DNA of 64,000 bases. Source: an uncultured Paenalcaligenes sp. (GTDB lineage: Bacteria > Pseudomonadota > Gammaproteobacteria > Burkholderiales > Burkholderiaceae_B). A program made the translations under genes and the position numbers. Each line of letters opens with the position of its first letter. The first letter of the stretch is position 1. Location of the stretch: positions 708 to 64,707 of the forward strand of contig CANROS010000001.1 in assembly GCA_947632305.1 (NCBI GenBank), in the 5' to 3' direction. This document shows positions 19,171 to 28,963 of this stretch, piece by piece. The notes below the pieces were generated by a model. That model ran no database searches. It saw only the letters and a program-made list of their open reading frames with translations, and had not been told where the DNA came from.

Positions 19171-19921
19171 TGTAATGAATTTAAGTAAGTCTTTTGGCGG
19201 AATTCATGCTGTTCAGGGTGTGGGTTTTAAAATAAATAAAGGTGAAATAGTTAGTTTAATAGGTCCTAATGGGGCTGGTAAGACTACGTGCTTTAATTTG
19301 ATAACAGGTTTTTATAGCCCTAGCTCTGGATCAGTTAGATGGATGGGGAAGGAAATAATAGGTCTTAAGCCTTATTAAATAGCACAAAAAGGTCTAATTA
19401 GAACATTTCAAAAAACTAATGTATTAAAAGGGCTAAGCGTTTTTGAAAATGTAATACATGCTCATTATTTGACTGATAGAGATAGTTTGCTTAGTACTTT
19501 TTTAATTGGTAAAAGATTTTCATTGAAATCTAAAGGTATTTTGGAATCAGCTAGAGAGCTTATTGAACTTGTTGGGCTGAGTGATCGCATTAATGTCCAA
19601 GCAGACTCTTTATCTTGTGGTGAGCTACGCTTACTAGAAGTGGCTGTGGCCTTAGGAGCTAAGCCTAGGTTGCTTATGTTGGATGAGCCAGCGGCCGGTT
19701 TAAATACCTCTGAGGCAAATGGATTAGCGAAGATTTTAAAAAAGCTACCTGGAAATTGGGTAGAGGCAATGTTATTAGTTGAACACAATATGGGTTTGGT
19801 TATGCAGGTTTCAGACAATATTGTGGTGATGAATTTTGGGAAAAAGCTTGCAGAGGGTAAGCCTGAGGAAATTCAATCGAATAAAGAAGTGCTTGAAGCA
19901 TATATGGGAGCTGTAGCATGA
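19163..19921 (+). pseudogene. LivG-type ABC ATPase with in-frame TAA at 19376-19378
   Basis: GPNGAGKTT...KPY*IAQKGLIRTFQ...LDEPAAGLN...VEHNM all in one frame. Confidence 0.87.
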
Positions 19922-20643
19922 CATCAACAACAGAGGCTCTATTAGAAGTTCAACAGGTAATTGCAGGTTACGGCAATTTAACGGCTTTGCATAAAGTTAG
20001 TCTGGATGTCAAAAAAGGTGAAGTTGTTGCTTTGCTCGGTGCAAATGGGGCGGGAAAATCAACCATATTGCGATTGATTTCGGGCTTAATTACTCCTAAA
20101 TCGGGAGATGTAAAGTGGAAAGGTGAAAGTATCGCCAAATTACGGCCCATGGAAATATTGAAACGAGGCATTTCGCATTGTCCAGAGGAGCGGCATGTTT
20201 GGCCGGAGATGACCGTAGCGCAAAATTTAGAGTTGGGTGGATATTTAATTAAGTCGAAGCAGGAATGTGAGCGTCGAATGGACCTTGCTTTTCAGCGTTT
20301 TCCTCGGCTTAAGGAGAGGGTTAAACAGTTAGCAGGTACGCTTAGTGGTGGCGAGCAGCAAATGTTGGCTATTGCCAGAGCTCTCATGTCCGAACCCGAG
20401 TTACTTATCTTAGATGAGCCTAGTTTAGGGTTGAGCCCACTGATGGCTAAAGAGGTTTTTAGCGTACTTAAAGCGTTGAATGAACATGGTGTTTCTATCC
20501 TAGTAGTAGAGCAAAATGTTCATAATGCCTTGAGTGTAGCTGATAGAGCGTATGTAGTTGAAACGGGGGAAATTGTGGCAGAGCGCGAAAGTCAAGGCTT
20601 ATTGAATGATCCAGAGTTATTAAATGCGTATTTGGGAGGGTAA
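19918..20643 (+). CDS. LivF-type ABC ATPase
   Basis: GANGAGKST, LSGGEQQM, LDEPSLGL, VEQN, AYLGG. Confidence 0.92.
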   Translation: MTSTTEALLEVQQVIAGYGNLTALHKVSLDVKKGEVVALLGANGAGKSTILRLISGLITPKSGDVKWKGESIAKLRPMEILKRGISHCPEERHVWPEMTVAQNLELGGYLIKSKQECERRMDLAFQRFPRLKERVKQLAGTLSGGEQQMLAIARALMSEPELLILDEPSLGLSPLMAKEVFSVLKALNEHGVSILVVEQNVHNALSVADRAYVVETGEIVAERESQGLLNDPELLNAYLGG

Positions 20644-20652
20644 GCTATGCAG

Positions 20653-20696
20653 AAAAGCCATTGTTCATGTGGGAGCTTATCTATGATGGCTTTTTT
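20653..20696 (+). terminator. Terminator after the ABC operon
   Basis: AAAAGCCAT...ATGGCTTTTTT. Confidence 0.55.
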
Positions 20697-20729
20697 GAGG
20701 CTGTATCTGAATTTTTTAAAAGCTAATAT

Positions 20730-20745
20730 TTAATTAGTTGATTAA
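20730..20745. promoter_or_regulatory. Candidate TetR operator 2
   Basis: TTAA-TTAGTTGA-TTAA within TATTTAAT...ATTAAATA, just upstream of the dioxygenase RBS. Confidence 0.45.
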
Positions 20746-20762
20746 ATAAATAGAGGTGTGTA

Positions 20763-21806
20763 ATGAGTGTTGCCAATCATCAAATGATACAGGCTTGGAA
20801 GCAGGTGTTGCAGTTGTCTAAGGTAATACCCGGACAAATGGTGACGGTGTTAACGAGTCAAGACACCCACCCCCAGACGTTATTAACCGCAAAAATAGCG
20901 TTGGCTGATTTGGGGGCCAGAGTAGCCCAGGTTCATCTGGAGCCTGTTAATGCAGAAAAATCATTAAGTCGTGACCCTCTGGCTTATTTGGGAACGACTC
21001 CTCTGACGAATAACCCGGCTGCTTTTGCTGCGCTTAAAGCAAGTGATTTGGTTTTAGATTTAATGACTCTTTTGTTCTCTGCTGAGCAACAAGAAATTTT
21101 AGCTAGTGGGACGAAAATCTTGTTGGCAGTAGAACCTCCTGAGGTGTTGGTAAGAATGGTCCCCACTTTAGAGGATAAAAAACGAGTTGAGAGTGCTGCA
21201 TCACTCTTAACTGGAGCAAAACACATGGAGGTGATGTCGGAGGCAGGCACACAGATTACATTCTGCTTAGGACAATATCCGATTATGAAAGAATATGGCT
21301 TTGTGGATGAACCAGGGCGCTGGGATCATTGGCCTAGTGGCTTCATTATTACGTGGCCTAATGAGCAAGAGTCTAATGGGGTAATAGTGATTGATGCGGG
21401 GGATATCTTGCTACCTCAAAAAGGGTATGTGACGTCACCTATAGAGATGATTGTAGAGAATGGCTTTGTTACAGCAATTAATGGTGGTGTGGATGCTGAG
21501 TTGTTAAGGGAGTATATCGAGTCTTTTGAGGATCCGGATGCTTATGCGCTGTCGCATATAGGTTGGGGACTTCAGTCTCGGGCTAAATGGTCTACGCTTA
21601 GCTTATATGATAAAGAGCGCACCATAGCGATGGACGCCCGTGCCTATGCAGGTAATTTTTTATTTTCATTAGGGCCCAATAATGAAATAGGCGGTTCTAG
21701 AGATACACCCTGCCATTTGGATGTGCCTTTGCGAGCTTGTACTGTCAGAGTGGATGGGAAGGAAGTAGTGAGCAAAGGTAAGGTGGTGGAGATATCGCAG
21801 GAGTGA
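20763..21806 (+). CDS. nicX: 2,5-dihydroxypyridine 5,6-dioxygenase (NicX/HpaX family)
   Basis: KILLAVEPPE, EYGFVDEPGRWDHWPSG, SHIGWGL, MDARAYAGNFLFSLGPN, PCHLD metal ligands. Confidence 0.88.
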   Translation: MSVANHQMIQAWKQVLQLSKVIPGQMVTVLTSQDTHPQTLLTAKIALADLGARVAQVHLEPVNAEKSLSRDPLAYLGTTPLTNNPAAFAALKASDLVLDLMTLLFSAEQQEILASGTKILLAVEPPEVLVRMVPTLEDKKRVESAASLLTGAKHMEVMSEAGTQITFCLGQYPIMKEYGFVDEPGRWDHWPSGFIITWPNEQESNGVIVIDAGDILLPQKGYVTSPIEMIVENGFVTAINGGVDAELLREYIESFEDPDAYALSHIGWGLQSRAKWSTLSLYDKERTIAMDARAYAGNFLFSLGPNNEIGGSRDTPCHLDVPLRACTVRVDGKEVVSKGKVVEISQE

Positions 21807-21829
21807 GATTTCTAATATTGAGCAGAAGT

Positions 21830-21861
21830 ACGGTGAAGTGATGATTTATCACCGTTTTTTT
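21830..21861 (+). terminator. Possible terminator between dioxygenase and monooxygenase
   Basis: ACGGTGA...TCACCGT followed by a T run. Confidence 0.45.
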
Positions 21862-21904
21862 CTTTATTAAGCAATGATGGGCATCAAAATGTAGAGGATA
21901 CAGA

Positions 21905-23101
21905 ATGAGTAATTTAAAAGTAGCCATAGTTGGTGGTGGAATTGGTGGGGTAACTCTCGCTGCTTGCTTAAATAAGCGTGGGCTTGATGTTCATTTATTT
22001 GAACAGTCTTCTAAATTTGGCGAGGTGGGTGCTGGTATTCAGATGACTCCCAATGCGGTGAAAGTAATTAAGTGGTTGGGAGGCGCAGAAAAACTCAAAG
22101 AAATAGGTTTTTTGCCTCAGGCTTTAACAGGGCGCAGTTGGGATAAAGGAGACGTGAGTTTTAGTATTCCATTAGCGGAGGAATGCGTGCGACGTTATGG
22201 TGCAGAGTTCTATCATGTACACCGTGCCGATTTGCATGAGCTTTTAGTGAGTTGTTTAGGTAGTACACAAGTTTATTTTAATAAACGTTGTGTTCGTTTA
22301 GAGAATGAATTGACACAACCTAAGCTGTATTTTGAAGATGGTTCAGAGTTTGAGGCTGATGTAGTAGTGGGAGCTGATGGAGTACGCTCTGTCATCCGGC
22401 ATTTTTTATTTGGCGAGGAGGCCCCTACTTTTACGGGTAACATGTGCTATCGGGCAGTGGTGCCGTATGATGAGATGCCAGAATTCGTGACCCCAGAGGC
22501 TGCATTTTGGTTTGGGCCTAAAAGCCATATAGTTACTTATTATGTAAAGGGTGGTAAGGCCGTTAATATTGTTGCAGTAAATGAGACAGAAGAGTGGGTG
22601 ATGGAGTCTTGGAACACAGCAAGCAGCAAAGAGGAGCTGTTGAGCGATTATAAAGGGTGGCATCCTAATGTACAAAAGCTATTTGATTCAGTCGAGGAGG
22701 TGTATAAATGGGGCTTATTTGATCGTGATCCAATGCAGAAATGGAGTAAGGGGAAGGTGACATTATTGGGCGACGCAGCTCATCCTATGTTGCCCTTTTT
22801 ATCTCAAGGGGCTGCAATGGCTATAGAGGATTCGTATGTCTTAGCTACTGTTTTGGACGCGTTGCCTCATGATTTAACTTTAGCTTTTGAGCTTTATGAA
22901 AAAGAACGTTTACCCAGAACTAGCCGTGTGCAGCTTGAAGCCAGAGAAAGAGGTAAAACTTACCATCTCTCTTCTAAAGAAGAACAAGAAAAGCGTGATG
23001 CTGAATATAAAAAACAGCAGGCAGAGGATCCCCATAAAGGAGGTATTAAAACAGACTGGGTTTATGCGTATGATGCCACAGCATTTAATGTTGTAACCTA
23101 A
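21905..23101 (+). CDS. Class A flavin monooxygenase (salicylate hydroxylase / NicC / HpaM-like)
   Basis: GGGIGG, GAGIQMTPN, HRADL, GADG, LLGDAAHPMLPFLSQGAAMAIED. Confidence 0.88.
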   Translation: MSNLKVAIVGGGIGGVTLAACLNKRGLDVHLFEQSSKFGEVGAGIQMTPNAVKVIKWLGGAEKLKEIGFLPQALTGRSWDKGDVSFSIPLAEECVRRYGAEFYHVHRADLHELLVSCLGSTQVYFNKRCVRLENELTQPKLYFEDGSEFEADVVVGADGVRSVIRHFLFGEEAPTFTGNMCYRAVVPYDEMPEFVTPEAAFWFGPKSHIVTYYVKGGKAVNIVAVNETEEWVMESWNTASSKEELLSDYKGWHPNVQKLFDSVEEVYKWGLFDRDPMQKWSKGKVTLLGDAAHPMLPFLSQGAAMAIEDSYVLATVLDALPHDLTLAFELYEKERLPRTSRVQLEARERGKTYHLSSKEEQEKRDAEYKKQQAEDPHKGGIKTDWVYAYDATAFNVVT

Positions 23102-23134
23102 GGTTAGTACCTGTATTACATTTTATTAAAAGAG

Positions 23135-23170
23135 AAAGCAGACTCAGGAATGAACTAGGTCTGCTTTTTT
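23135..23170 (+). terminator. Terminator after the monooxygenase
   Basis: AAAGCAGAC...GTCTGCTTTTTT. Confidence 0.65.
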
Positions 23171-23198
23171 GGCGTTACTGTTTTGAGGGATTGGAAAT

Positions 23199-23858
23199 AT
23201 GAGTAGAAGCGTTGAGAAAAAACGTCCAGGACGTCCTGAGGGTACAGGAGATAATGCTTCTGAACGAATACTGGACGCAGCAGAAACAGAGTTTTCTCAA
23301 AATGGATATAGTGAAACTTCTTTGCGGATTATTGCTAGACAGGCTGGCGTTACACAAGCTTTATTAAGTTATTATTTTGGATCTAAGCAGGGGCTCTATG
23401 AAAGCGTATTTATGCGTCGTAGCCAAGCCATAGTCCAAGAGCGAGAGGAAAGCTTAGCAGAATTGTTTTCTAGAAAAAAGACGCCCCAAGTAGAGGACGT
23501 AGTTAGAGCTTTTTTAAAGCCCACTGTGGTATTAAGGGAAACAGAGGAAGGGCGCCGTTTTTTACGTTTACAAGCACGCCTCCATACAGAACCACTAGAG
23601 GTCGCTTATAAGTTACGAGAAGCAGCATATACCAGTTCAACCAAAAAATATATTGAAGCCTTAGCTAGAGTGTGTCCTGAATTGTCAGATAAAGATGTAC
23701 ATTGGAAGATGGTCCTGATGATTGGCGCTTATTTATACGCTTTTTCAGATAATCATCGTCTAGATGAAATCGCTCCAAATATATGCGATTTAAAAGATAC
23801 AGAAGAAATACTAGAACAGATTACAAAATTTGTTTCCGCAGGCATAAAGGCAAAATAA
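23199..23858 (+). CDS. TetR/AcrR family regulator
   Basis: RPGRP, ILDAAETEFSQNGYSETSLRIIARQAGVTQALLSYYFGSKQGLY. Confidence 0.93.
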   Translation: MSRSVEKKRPGRPEGTGDNASERILDAAETEFSQNGYSETSLRIIARQAGVTQALLSYYFGSKQGLYESVFMRRSQAIVQEREESLAELFSRKKTPQVEDVVRAFLKPTVVLRETEEGRRFLRLQARLHTEPLEVAYKLREAAYTSSTKKYIEALARVCPELSDKDVHWKMVLMIGAYLYAFSDNHRLDEIAPNICDLKDTEEILEQITKFVSAGIKAK

Positions 23859-24105
23859 CACCGAATAACTTGCATCAACTTGTTAATGGTCGCTACTTAT
23901 CTTTTCACCTTGAGCACAGGCCCAAGGATTTGATCTTTTTTCTGCTCGTTTTGTGTCTAGGCGCTCATTAACCAGTAAGATACCGTTGTTGTGAAAAGGA
24001 ATTGGCGGCTTTGGTTTTTATATTTTGTAGCAGTTGTAGCCTCTTTGGGCTTGGTGTTGTTACAAATGAGGCCCATAATAAAACAGTTGTATCTAGTGAG
24101 GCTTT

Positions 24106-25254
24106 GTGGTGAATTTTTCTCCGTCTTGGGACTTGTTGACTTGGCTGTCAATTTCTGTGGTCGCTTTTGTCGTGGGCGGTATTATTGTTTGGTCTGAGCG
24201 CTGGCATGGGCGTTTGACAGGCGATACCGATATGTCCAAACCCCAAGCTTCGCATTTGCGTCCTGCGCCACGTGTAGGTGGTCTTGCTATTTTGGCAGGG
24301 AGCTTGGCGGGTTTATTGGTGCTTGGTCCAAGCAATATGACCTTAACTTGGTTGTGGCCCGTTTTATTTGTTGCCGCCTTGCCGGTTTTTGTGGCGGGCT
24401 TGGTCGAGGACATCACCAAAGACGTGGGTTCCTTAAAGCGTTTATTGGCGGCGTTTGCATCGGCAGCTATTGCTTGGTGGTTGCTGGGCGGTGTCTCTAG
24501 AGTCGGTATTGGCTGGATTGACTGGATCTTGGCTTTTTGGCCCATCTCGCTATTCTTTACCATGATTGCAGTGGGCGGCTGTACCCACGCCTTAAATATT
24601 ATTGATGGCATTAACGGTTTAGCTGGCATGGTGGCCGTATTGATGGCTATTTCCATTGCTCTGGTGGCGTGGCAGGTGCAAGATTTCCCCATTTTCCTTA
24701 TTGCCACTGCATTGGCCTCAGCGACTTTAGGATTTTTGGCGTGGAACTTTCCTTTTGGCCGCGTCTTTTTAGGCGATGGCGGAGCGTACTTTTTAGGATT
24801 TATGTTGGCAGAGCTGGCGGTACTTTTAGTCGTACGTAATCCCAGTGTGTCACCTTTTTACGCTTTGGCTGTCTTGTTTTATCCTGTATTTGAAACGTTG
24901 TTTTCGATTTGGCGTCGAAAATTTAAACGTGGCGTACCCGTAGATCAACCCGATTCGTTGCATCTGCATCAGCTTATTTTCCGTCGTTTAGTACGTGTTA
25001 GTGTACTAAAAGAAGGCCGACGTTATGTGCCTCCTACTTCTAATGCGATGGCATCGCCTTACTTGTGGGGACTGGTCTTAATTGGGCTGGTACCCGCGAC
25101 TATTTGGTGGGATAACGCGTGGATGCTGAGCGCAAGCTTAGTGGTATTTATGTGTAGTTATATTTGGCTGTATGCCCGTTTGGTTCATTGGCGCCGTCCT
25201 GCCTGGTTGTTGTTACCTTCTGTGCGTCGTTCTAAAAAAGAACGATCGGAATAG
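24106..25254 (+). CDS. WecA/MraY-family polyprenyl-phosphate HexNAc-1-P transferase
   Basis: PRVGG, GLVED, NIIDGINGL, FLGDGGAY, HLHQ; many TM segments. Confidence 0.9.
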   Translation: MVNFSPSWDLLTWLSISVVAFVVGGIIVWSERWHGRLTGDTDMSKPQASHLRPAPRVGGLAILAGSLAGLLVLGPSNMTLTWLWPVLFVAALPVFVAGLVEDITKDVGSLKRLLAAFASAAIAWWLLGGVSRVGIGWIDWILAFWPISLFFTMIAVGGCTHALNIIDGINGLAGMVAVLMAISIALVAWQVQDFPIFLIATALASATLGFLAWNFPFGRVFLGDGGAYFLGFMLAELAVLLVVRNPSVSPFYALAVLFYPVFETLFSIWRRKFKRGVPVDQPDSLHLHQLIFRRLVRVSVLKEGRRYVPPTSNAMASPYLWGLVLIGLVPATIWWDNAWMLSASLVVFMCSYIWLYARLVHWRRPAWLLLPSVRRSKKERSE

Positions 25255-25284
25255 GTACGGGCTTTTTAATTTTGGAGAAGTATC

Positions 25285-26559
25285 TTGGATTTGCAAAACG
25301 TGAAACTTGCCGTCATCGGACTTGGCTATGTGGGTTTGCCCTTAGCGGTAGAGTTTGGCAAAAAGCGCGAGGTATTAGGTTTTGATATTAATCCGCGTCG
25401 TATTGCTGAGTTAAACGAAGGGATAGACCACACCCTAGAGGTGGAGCCCGACGAGCTTAAAACAGCAACACACTTACGCTATAGTTGTGATGCCTCTGAG
25501 TTGGCACAAGCTAACGTGTTTATCGTAACGGTGCCTACGCCTATTGATGAGTACAAGCGCCCGGATTTGACTCCCTTAATCCGCGCGAGTGAAACCATTG
25601 CTAAGGTTTTAAAGCGTGGTGATATTGTTATTTATGAGTCCACGGTCTATCCCGGTGCGACCGAAGAAGATTGTGTGCCTGTGTTAGAGCGTGTCTCCGG
25701 TTTGCGCTTTAATGAGGATTTTTACGCCGGTTATAGTCCAGAGCGTATTAACCCGGGCGATAAAGTATATCGTTTACCTAATATTCGTAAAGTCACTTCA
25801 GGCTCCACCCCCGAGGCCGCAGAATTAGTCGATGCGTTATATGCGGAAATTATTACGGCGGGTACACACAAAGCCCCCTCTATTCGGGTGGCTGAAGCAG
25901 CTAAGGTCATTGAAAATACACAGCGTGACGTCAATATTGCCTTAATTAATGAATTGGCTTTAATTTTTAACAAGCTAGATATTGATACGCTAGATGTACT
26001 AGAGGCCGCTGGGACTAAATGGAATTTTTTACCGTTCCGTCCTGGTCTAGTGGGTGGGCATTGTATTGGCGTGGATCCTTATTACCTCACACACAAAGCG
26101 CAATCTATCGGGTATCACCCTGAAATCATTTTGGCAGGGCGCCGTTTAAATGATGGTATGGGGGCGTATGTGGCCTCGCAGCTAGTAAAAAGCATGACCA
26201 AAAAACGCATTCAGGTACAAGGCTCGCGTGTGTTATTAATGGGGTTAACGTTTAAAGAGAACTGCCCAGATTTACGCAATACGCGCATCGTGGACATTGT
26301 GCACGAATTAGCGCAGTACGATGTGAATGTAGATGTGTTTGACCCTTGGGTTGATGCTGAAGAGGCAGAGCGTGAATATGGTATTAAGCCTATTTCTCAG
26401 CCAGCCGAAGGCCAGTACGACGGCATTGTTTTGGCGGTGGCTCATAATCAGTTCAAACAACTAGGTGCGGATAACATACGAGCCTTTGGTAAAGACCCTC
26501 ATGTGTTGTATGACTTAAAATATGTGTTAGATCACAGCGAATCCGATTTACGTCTATAA
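25285..26559 (+). CDS. UDP-HexNAc 6-dehydrogenase (TviB/WbpO-like)
   Basis: [35 protein letters not shown]; TTG start after GGAG. Confidence 0.92.
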   Translation: MDLQNVKLAVIGLGYVGLPLAVEFGKKREVLGFDINPRRIAELNEGIDHTLEVEPDELKTATHLRYSCDASELAQANVFIVTVPTPIDEYKRPDLTPLIRASETIAKVLKRGDIVIYESTVYPGATEEDCVPVLERVSGLRFNEDFYAGYSPERINPGDKVYRLPNIRKVTSGSTPEAAELVDALYAEIITAGTHKAPSIRVAEAAKVIENTQRDVNIALINELALIFNKLDIDTLDVLEAAGTKWNFLPFRPGLVGGHCIGVDPYYLTHKAQSIGYHPEIILAGRRLNDGMGAYVASQLVKSMTKKRIQVQGSRVLLMGLTFKENCPDLRNTRIVDIVHELAQYDVNVDVFDPWVDAEEAEREYGIKPISQPAEGQYDGIVLAVAHNQFKQLGADNIRAFGKDPHVLYDLKYVLDHSESDLRL

Positions 26560-26568
26560 AGAGTATTT

Positions 26569-27606
26569 ATGTCTAGTTCTTTGGCTATAGATCAGGCTTG
26601 GGCCCAACTGAAAGCAGCGCCCAAGGTTTGGCTTGTCACCGGCTGTGCTGGTTTTATTGGTTCTAATTTGCTAGAGGCTTTATTAAGTCATGGTCAAACG
26701 GTGGTGGGGTTAGATAACTTTGCGACCGGATTTGCCCATAATTTAGATGAAGTGCAGCGTAGCGTGGGGGCCGAGAACTGGCAGCGTTTTCGTTTTATCG
26801 AGGGGGATATCCGTGATCTAAGCACTTGTCAGCAGGCATGTGCAGGAGTGGATTACGTGTTGCATCAGGCTGCCTTGGGCTCTGTGCCGCGCTCCATTAA
26901 TGACCCATTGACCACCAATGCTGTGAATATTGGTGGGCATTTGAATATGTTAGTGGCTGCGCGCGATGCCCAAGTCAGTTCTTTTGTGTATGCGGCCTCA
27001 AGTTCTACGTATGGCGATCATCCGGCGTTGCCTAAAGTCGAGCACACCATTGGTAATCCGTTATCGCCGTATGCGGTGACCAAATACGTTAATGAACTGT
27101 ATGCGGATGTGTTTGCGCGCACGTATGGATTTGAAACCATTGGTCTGCGTTATTTTAATGTATTTGGTCGACGTCAGACCCCAGATGGGGCTTATGCTGC
27201 CGTGATCCCAAAATGGATTGGGGCCATGATGCGAGACCAGCCTGTAGTGATTAACGGCGATGGTGAAACCAGTCGTGATTTTTGCTATATAGAAAACGTT
27301 ATTCAGTTAAATGTGTTGGCTGCCTTGGCGCCCGCAGAGGCACGCAACCAAGTTTATAATGTAGCGGTTAATGCGCGTACGGATCTAAACCAGCTTTTTG
27401 CTTTGTTGCAGTCTGAGCTAGCGCAAAATGGGGTGTCATACCATTTGCCAGTGCAGCATGCAGAGTTTCGTGCGGGGGATGTGCGTCATTCTCAGGCAGA
27501 TATTACTAAAGCGCAGCAGTTGTTAGGCTACGCTCCCCAGTACACCATTGCTGCTGGGTTAGCTCAAGCCATGCCATGGTACGTACAGTTTTTATCTAAA
27601 TCATGA
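26569..27606 (+). CDS. UDP-GlcNAc(A) 4-epimerase (TviC/WbpP-like SDR)
   Basis: [31 protein letters not shown]. Confidence 0.92.
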   Translation: MSSSLAIDQAWAQLKAAPKVWLVTGCAGFIGSNLLEALLSHGQTVVGLDNFATGFAHNLDEVQRSVGAENWQRFRFIEGDIRDLSTCQQACAGVDYVLHQAALGSVPRSINDPLTTNAVNIGGHLNMLVAARDAQVSSFVYAASSSTYGDHPALPKVEHTIGNPLSPYAVTKYVNELYADVFARTYGFETIGLRYFNVFGRRQTPDGAYAAVIPKWIGAMMRDQPVVINGDGETSRDFCYIENVIQLNVLAALAPAEARNQVYNVAVNARTDLNQLFALLQSELAQNGVSYHLPVQHAEFRAGDVRHSQADITKAQQLLGYAPQYTIAAGLAQAMPWYVQFLSKS

Positions 27607-28958
27607 TGCGATTACCCAAGGTGTTTCGCCTGCATAGCGACCACCAGCGTATTGCCAGGGCGGCTTTTAGAGTCGCCTTTTTCTTGCTATTAGGCAAGGC
27701 TGCCGGGGCATTTAAAGAAATGGCAGTGGCCTATCGCTATGGCATTAGCGATGTGGTGGATGCTTATCAATTCACCATGGTGATGGCTAACTGGATTCCG
27801 GTGACTTTAGTCGGGGTCTTTTCTATTGTTTTAATCCCTGTTTTGGTTCATGCCAAAGACCAGCAGCAAACGCTACGCAAGCGTTTTATGGGCGAACTCA
27901 TGGGCATGTTGATAGCCATTGGGTTGGCTATTGCTATGCTAATTTGGCTATTATGGCCTTGGGTTTTATTGTGGGCGGGTAAAGGACTGGCGCCGGCGGT
28001 ACAAAGCATGAGCACAGAGCTACTTTGGGCTTTTGCACCGGCTGCGCTGTTGACCTTGTTGACAGGCTTGCAAGCAGCACGTTTACGAGCACATGAACGT
28101 CATATTAATACCCTATTAGATAGCGTCCCTGCCTTTAGTATTCTCATTTTTGTGTTGTTGGCTGGGCCTACTCAAGGCGTTGGGCCTTTGTTGTGGGGCA
28201 CTTTGGTGGGGTATATAGTGCAGTGTTTAAGCTTGTACTATTTAGCACAGCGGGCAGATGGGTTTTATGCCACCCCACGTTTGGGGTTCTCTGCCGAGCA
28301 ATGGCCTGCTTTAGCGCACGCCGTGGGGATTATGTTAATAGGCCAAGTGGCGATGAGCTTTGTAGGGCCTTTAGACCAGTATACGGCGGCTAGTTTGGGG
28401 GATAATGCCAACGCCACCTTAGGGTATGCCAGTCGATTTATCTCCTTAATGATTGGGGTGGGAGCCGCTTCGGTAGGCAGAGCTGCCTTGCCGGTGTTGG
28501 CAGACGTAACGCGTCGAGGCGATGCCGTGCGTGCCCGAGCGATTGCTTTAAAATGGTCAATGGGTATGGTGGCCATTGGTTTATTGGTGGCAGCGGTAAC
28601 GGCGTGGTTAGCCCCTTGGGGTGTGGGCTTGCTGTACGAACGTGGTGCTTTTACTGCAGATGACACAGCGCGTGTTAGCTCGGTGTTACGCTGGGGTTTA
28701 TTGCAGTTGCCCTTTTATTTTGGGGTGTTGATTTTAGTGCAGTTGCTGGCGAGCCAAAATCGTTATGGCCTGATGGCAGCCATTGCCTTGGCTAATTTTG
28801 CAGTGAAAGCATTGATGAATTGGTATTTAGCACCCAAGATGGGCGTACACGGTATTATGCTGGCCACAAGTTGTATGTATACCGCTTCTTTTATTTGTTA
28901 TTTTATTGTGGCCTTAAAACCTGCAAAACTACAGGTTAAAAACGCTGAGCCTAACTAA
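27603..28958 (+). CDS. MurJ/MviN-like (MOP superfamily) flippase
   Basis: [25 protein letters not shown]; multi-TM. Confidence 0.8.
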   Translation: MMRLPKVFRLHSDHQRIARAAFRVAFFLLLGKAAGAFKEMAVAYRYGISDVVDAYQFTMVMANWIPVTLVGVFSIVLIPVLVHAKDQQQTLRKRFMGELMGMLIAIGLAIAMLIWLLWPWVLLWAGKGLAPAVQSMSTELLWAFAPAALLTLLTGLQAARLRAHERHINTLLDSVPAFSILIFVLLAGPTQGVGPLLWGTLVGYIVQCLSLYYLAQRADGFYATPRLGFSAEQWPALAHAVGIMLIGQVAMSFVGPLDQYTAASLGDNANATLGYASRFISLMIGVGAASVGRAALPVLADVTRRGDAVRARAIALKWSMGMVAIGLLVAAVTAWLAPWGVGLLYERGAFTADDTARVSSVLRWGLLQLPFYFGVLILVQLLASQNRYGLMAAIALANFAVKALMNWYLAPKMGVHGIMLATSCMYTASFICYFIVALKPAKLQVKNAEPN

Positions 28959-28963
28959 AAATT

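Noticed and set aside
15089-24105. Direct-repeat att sites bounding the AT-rich island
   Set aside because: No convincing flanking repeat or adjacent tRNA was found by eye, so the island is not called a mobile element.
23957-24707. ORFs 23957..24151 (-), 23991..24197 (+) and 24093..24707 (-)
   Set aside because: No recognisable motifs; they overlap the WecA-like gene or its promoter region and look like shadow ORFs.
25285-27606. Vi capsule locus
   Set aside because: Only the TviB/TviC-like sugar-nucleotide enzymes are present; no tviD/tviE or vex export genes.
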